A stretch of DNA of 62,821 nt, counting the filler, from Candidatus Woesearchaeota archaeon (GTDB lineage: Archaea > Nanobdellota > Nanobdellia > Woesearchaeales > CAZJJJ01): the NCBI GenBank assembly GCA_046538795.1. It is 8 parts of 8 records of this genome, joined end to end, with 100 filler letters (N's around TTAATTAATTAA, not from the genome) between each part and the next. Parts side by side here need not be neighbours in the genome. Positions count along the whole stretch, not along the records: positions 58,790 to 62,821 come from JBKHIF010000091.1; 7 more parts are not named here. One strand, 5' to 3'. Each line of letters starts with the position of its first letter. Position 1 is the first letter of the stretch. Both the position numbers and the translations under genes were made by a program. Below, piece after piece: positions 60,941 to 62,821 of the stretch. The notes under the pieces were generated by a model. It was not told the DNA's origin. It searched no databases and saw nothing but the letters and a program-made list of their open reading frames with translations.

Positions 60941-61070
60941 CCTATCCCAACCTAAAGGTTGGAGTAGGATCAGATACTTTCTAAAACTGGTGGATTTTCA
61001 TGATACTAAAAATTTCGACCTGAAAATAGGGATATTAAGCCTAACCAAAAAATCCTTTTGAAATTTTTTT
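60941..61070. repeat. Palindromic element (REP/MITE-like family member)
   Basis: CCTATCCCAACC-TAAA-GGTTGGAGTAGG hairpin resembling 9041-9070; further blocks match 94-290. Confidence 0.6.
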
Positions 61071-61077
61071 GTATAAC

Positions 61078-62094
61078 TCAGGCAAGTACTGTCTTTAATT
61101 TGTCTTCTATTATTATCCTTTTCTGGGTGCTGAATCTCGTTATAGAAGTATTTGCGACAAGAGTGCTGTAAAAAAGCATTCTCTGGCTCAGGCTCACTGA
61201 GTCAAGGTCATCTATCCCTAAAGAGTCAATCGCCTCAGATACCATCCTGCTTGATTCAGAAGAACCAACATAAGAAGACAAGACTTCTTTTACATGCTTA
61301 AGCCGACCTGTCTTATCTGGAGAAGATACACTTATCTTTTTCATGCCTTCTGCTTTTCCTCCTGATTCTTTCTCATTTCTAATCCGAACAAGCCACGTCT
61401 GTCTTTCTTCATGAGAAACACCAAGCCTCATTATAAGATCCATAAGCTCTTGTTCGCCTATCTCTGAAAACATCTCAGGAGAATTCTCAAAATAATACCC
61501 CATGACAGACCTGATTATGTCCATCCTTAATTTATCCTGCTTTTCCGGATCTTTCTCTGCAAGCACCCTAAGTAAGGTTCGTTCAGGTTGTTCTCCTACT
61601 TTAAGGAAAAGAAGGAACCTTACATTTATCTCATCAGTATAATCTTTTGGAAAATCCTTAAACATATCCAAAAGAAGCCTTTTTACAAAAACAACCTGTT
61701 CAAATTCATCCTGGCCTTTTATATTCTTTTTTTGATATACTTTTTCTCCAAGCTTGACTACACCTTCTCCCAGATGATCGCCAAAAACAAAATACAAAAA
61801 AGTTATAGGCTGGATAGTAAATTCATTTTCTCCCAAAAGTTCCATTGCTTTTTCCATGCCAAAAATCTGATGAAAAACTATTAATTTCTGCTTTTTAAGA
61901 TCTTCAGGCCTCATGAATTTTGCAAATGTCTTATTGAAAATCAGAAGAAGAACCTTCTTTTTTTCAAGATCAGAACAATTGTCCAAATCTTTTATCTTGA
62001 GCTGTCGTTTCAGTCCAAGAAGATAGCTTTGCGAAACATTTTTCCCAAACCACTGCTCAAGGAAATCCAGTATCTTTTGCTTGAATGATATCAT
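61078..62094 (-). CDS. Hypothetical protein with repeated helical modules, downstream of the two-component pair
   Basis: Three similar 'L...(F/V)G......L.I.DL......' segments. Confidence 0.65.
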   Translation of the reverse strand: MISFKQKILDFLEQWFGKNVSQSYLLGLKRQLKIKDLDNCSDLEKKKVLLLIFNKTFAKFMRPEDLKKQKLIVFHQIFGMEKAMELLGENEFTIQPITFLYFVFGDHLGEGVVKLGEKVYQKKNIKGQDEFEQVVFVKRLLLDMFKDFPKDYTDEINVRFLLFLKVGEQPERTLLRVLAEKDPEKQDKLRMDIIRSVMGYYFENSPEMFSEIGEQELMDLIMRLGVSHEERQTWLVRIRNEKESGGKAEGMKKISVSSPDKTGRLKHVKEVLSSYVGSSESSRMVSEAIDSLGIDDLDSVSLSQRMLFYSTLVANTSITRFSTQKRIIIEDKLKTVLA

Positions 62095-62117
62095 TTCTAA
62101 AAGTCTCCTGATAATCT

Positions 62118-62492
62118 TTATTTTTTAGCAAGCGCAGCTTTTATCCTTCTGTCAAGCTCCTCAGTAAGAACAGGTTTTTCTATATAATCAACTCCTGATC
62201 TTGAAGCGATCTCAAGGCTCTTCTTATCTGTTTTTGCACTAAGATATATTATCTTGATATCTTTATATATTTTTTTAGCTCTTATCTTTTGAGCAGTCTC
62301 CACACCATTCATGCCTGACATCATGAGATCCATGAGGATAACATCAGGCCTTGATTTTTTTATCTTTTCCAGGCACTCTTCTCCTGAACTTGCTTGTGTT
62401 ATCTTATATTCATCATCAACAGCTTTGAGGCTTTGGCTTATAAGGAACCTAAGATCATTATCATCGTCCACTATCATTATTTTTATAACCAT
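62118..62492 (-). CDS. Single-domain response regulator
   Basis: IVDDD, 'PDVILMDLMM', LSA, KP. Confidence 0.9.
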   Translation of the reverse strand: MVIKIMIVDDDNDLRFLISQSLKAVDDEYKITQASSGEECLEKIKKSRPDVILMDLMMSGMNGVETAQKIRAKKIYKDIKIIYLSAKTDKKSLEIASRSGVDYIEKPVLTEELDRRIKAALAKK

Positions 62493-62502
62493 ATTATCAA
62501 TC

Positions 62503-62820
62503 CTATTTTTTATTCACAGGAAGCGTAAAAGTTATCTTTAATCCCTTATCGATTCCTTTTGATTCTGCTTTTATTTTTCCTCCGTGAAGTTCAATTAAGC
62601 GTCTGCATATGCTAAGCCCCAGACCAGAACTTCCTTTCTGATGCCTTGAAGGATCTGCCTTAAAAAATTCAGTAAAAAGCATTTTCATGTCTTTTTTGTC
62701 AAGCCCGATACCGTTATCTGTTATCATGACTTTTAGAAATCGTCCTGAAACAGAAAGAGATATATGTATAATCTTTTCAGAATTATCATTGTATTTTACT
62801 GAATTTGAGATTATGTTTGA
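62503..62820 (-). CDS. Sensor histidine kinase, C-terminal HATPase fragment (continues beyond window)
   Basis: 'NIISNSVKY', 'DNGIG', 'LFTEFFKAD', 'GSSGLGLSICRRLIELHGG'. Confidence 0.92.
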   Translation of the reverse strand, partial: SNIISNSVKYNDNSEKIIHISLSVSGRFLKVMITDNGIGLDKKDMKMLFTEFFKADPSRHQKGSSGLGLSICRRLIELHGGKIKAESKGIDKGLKITFTLPVNKK

Positions 62821-62821
62821 A

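Noticed and set aside
1..62821. tRNA, rRNA, integrase, transposase, reverse transcriptase/DGR and archaellin genes
   Set aside because: None recognised by eye. GGTTCGAA/GGTTCAAA hits near 28184 and 35892 lack cloverleaf context.

Overview
AT-rich archaeal sequence. It is most likely a Woesearchaeota-like DPANN genome bin, inferred from the archaeal uL3/uL4/uL23/uL2/uS19/uL22, Spt5, SecE, FtsZ and MetRS plus giant class-III-signal-peptide proteins. The window is eight separate contigs joined by seven artificial 100-nt N/TTAATTAATTAA linkers, so gene order is meaningful only within a contig. Contents by contig: (1) surface-glycosylation genes. (2) A bacterial-type folate block (folC, 5-formyl-THF cyclo-ligase, glyA) and a GT2 glycosyltransferase. 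(3) spt5-secE and ftsZ-slyD interleaved with a large chemotaxis locus: 3 transmembrane MCPs, 2 CheW, CheV, CheR, CheD, partial CheC, a receiver protein and an atypical kinase. (4) A sensory [FeFe]-hydrogenase fused to a chemoreceptor domain next to metG, then a ~10 kb operon of large secreted or pilin-signal proteins. (5) A ribosomal protein operon with a long structured leader. (6) A TadC/FlaJ-like fragment and two paralogous membrane proteins. (7) An MNT-HEPN toxin-antitoxin pair, a candidate ncRNA and small hypotheticals. (8) A multi-domain aspartyl protease and a two-component pair. The main candidate for a new system is an H2/redox-sensing chemosensory network in a DPANN archaeon, with bacterial-type parts (CheV, CZB, a group C-like [FeFe] sensor), shortened chemoreceptors and a CheW carrying a histone-H1-like tail. 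A family of REP/IS200-IS605-like palindromic elements is also present. All assignments are by-eye motif recognition, with no database searches.
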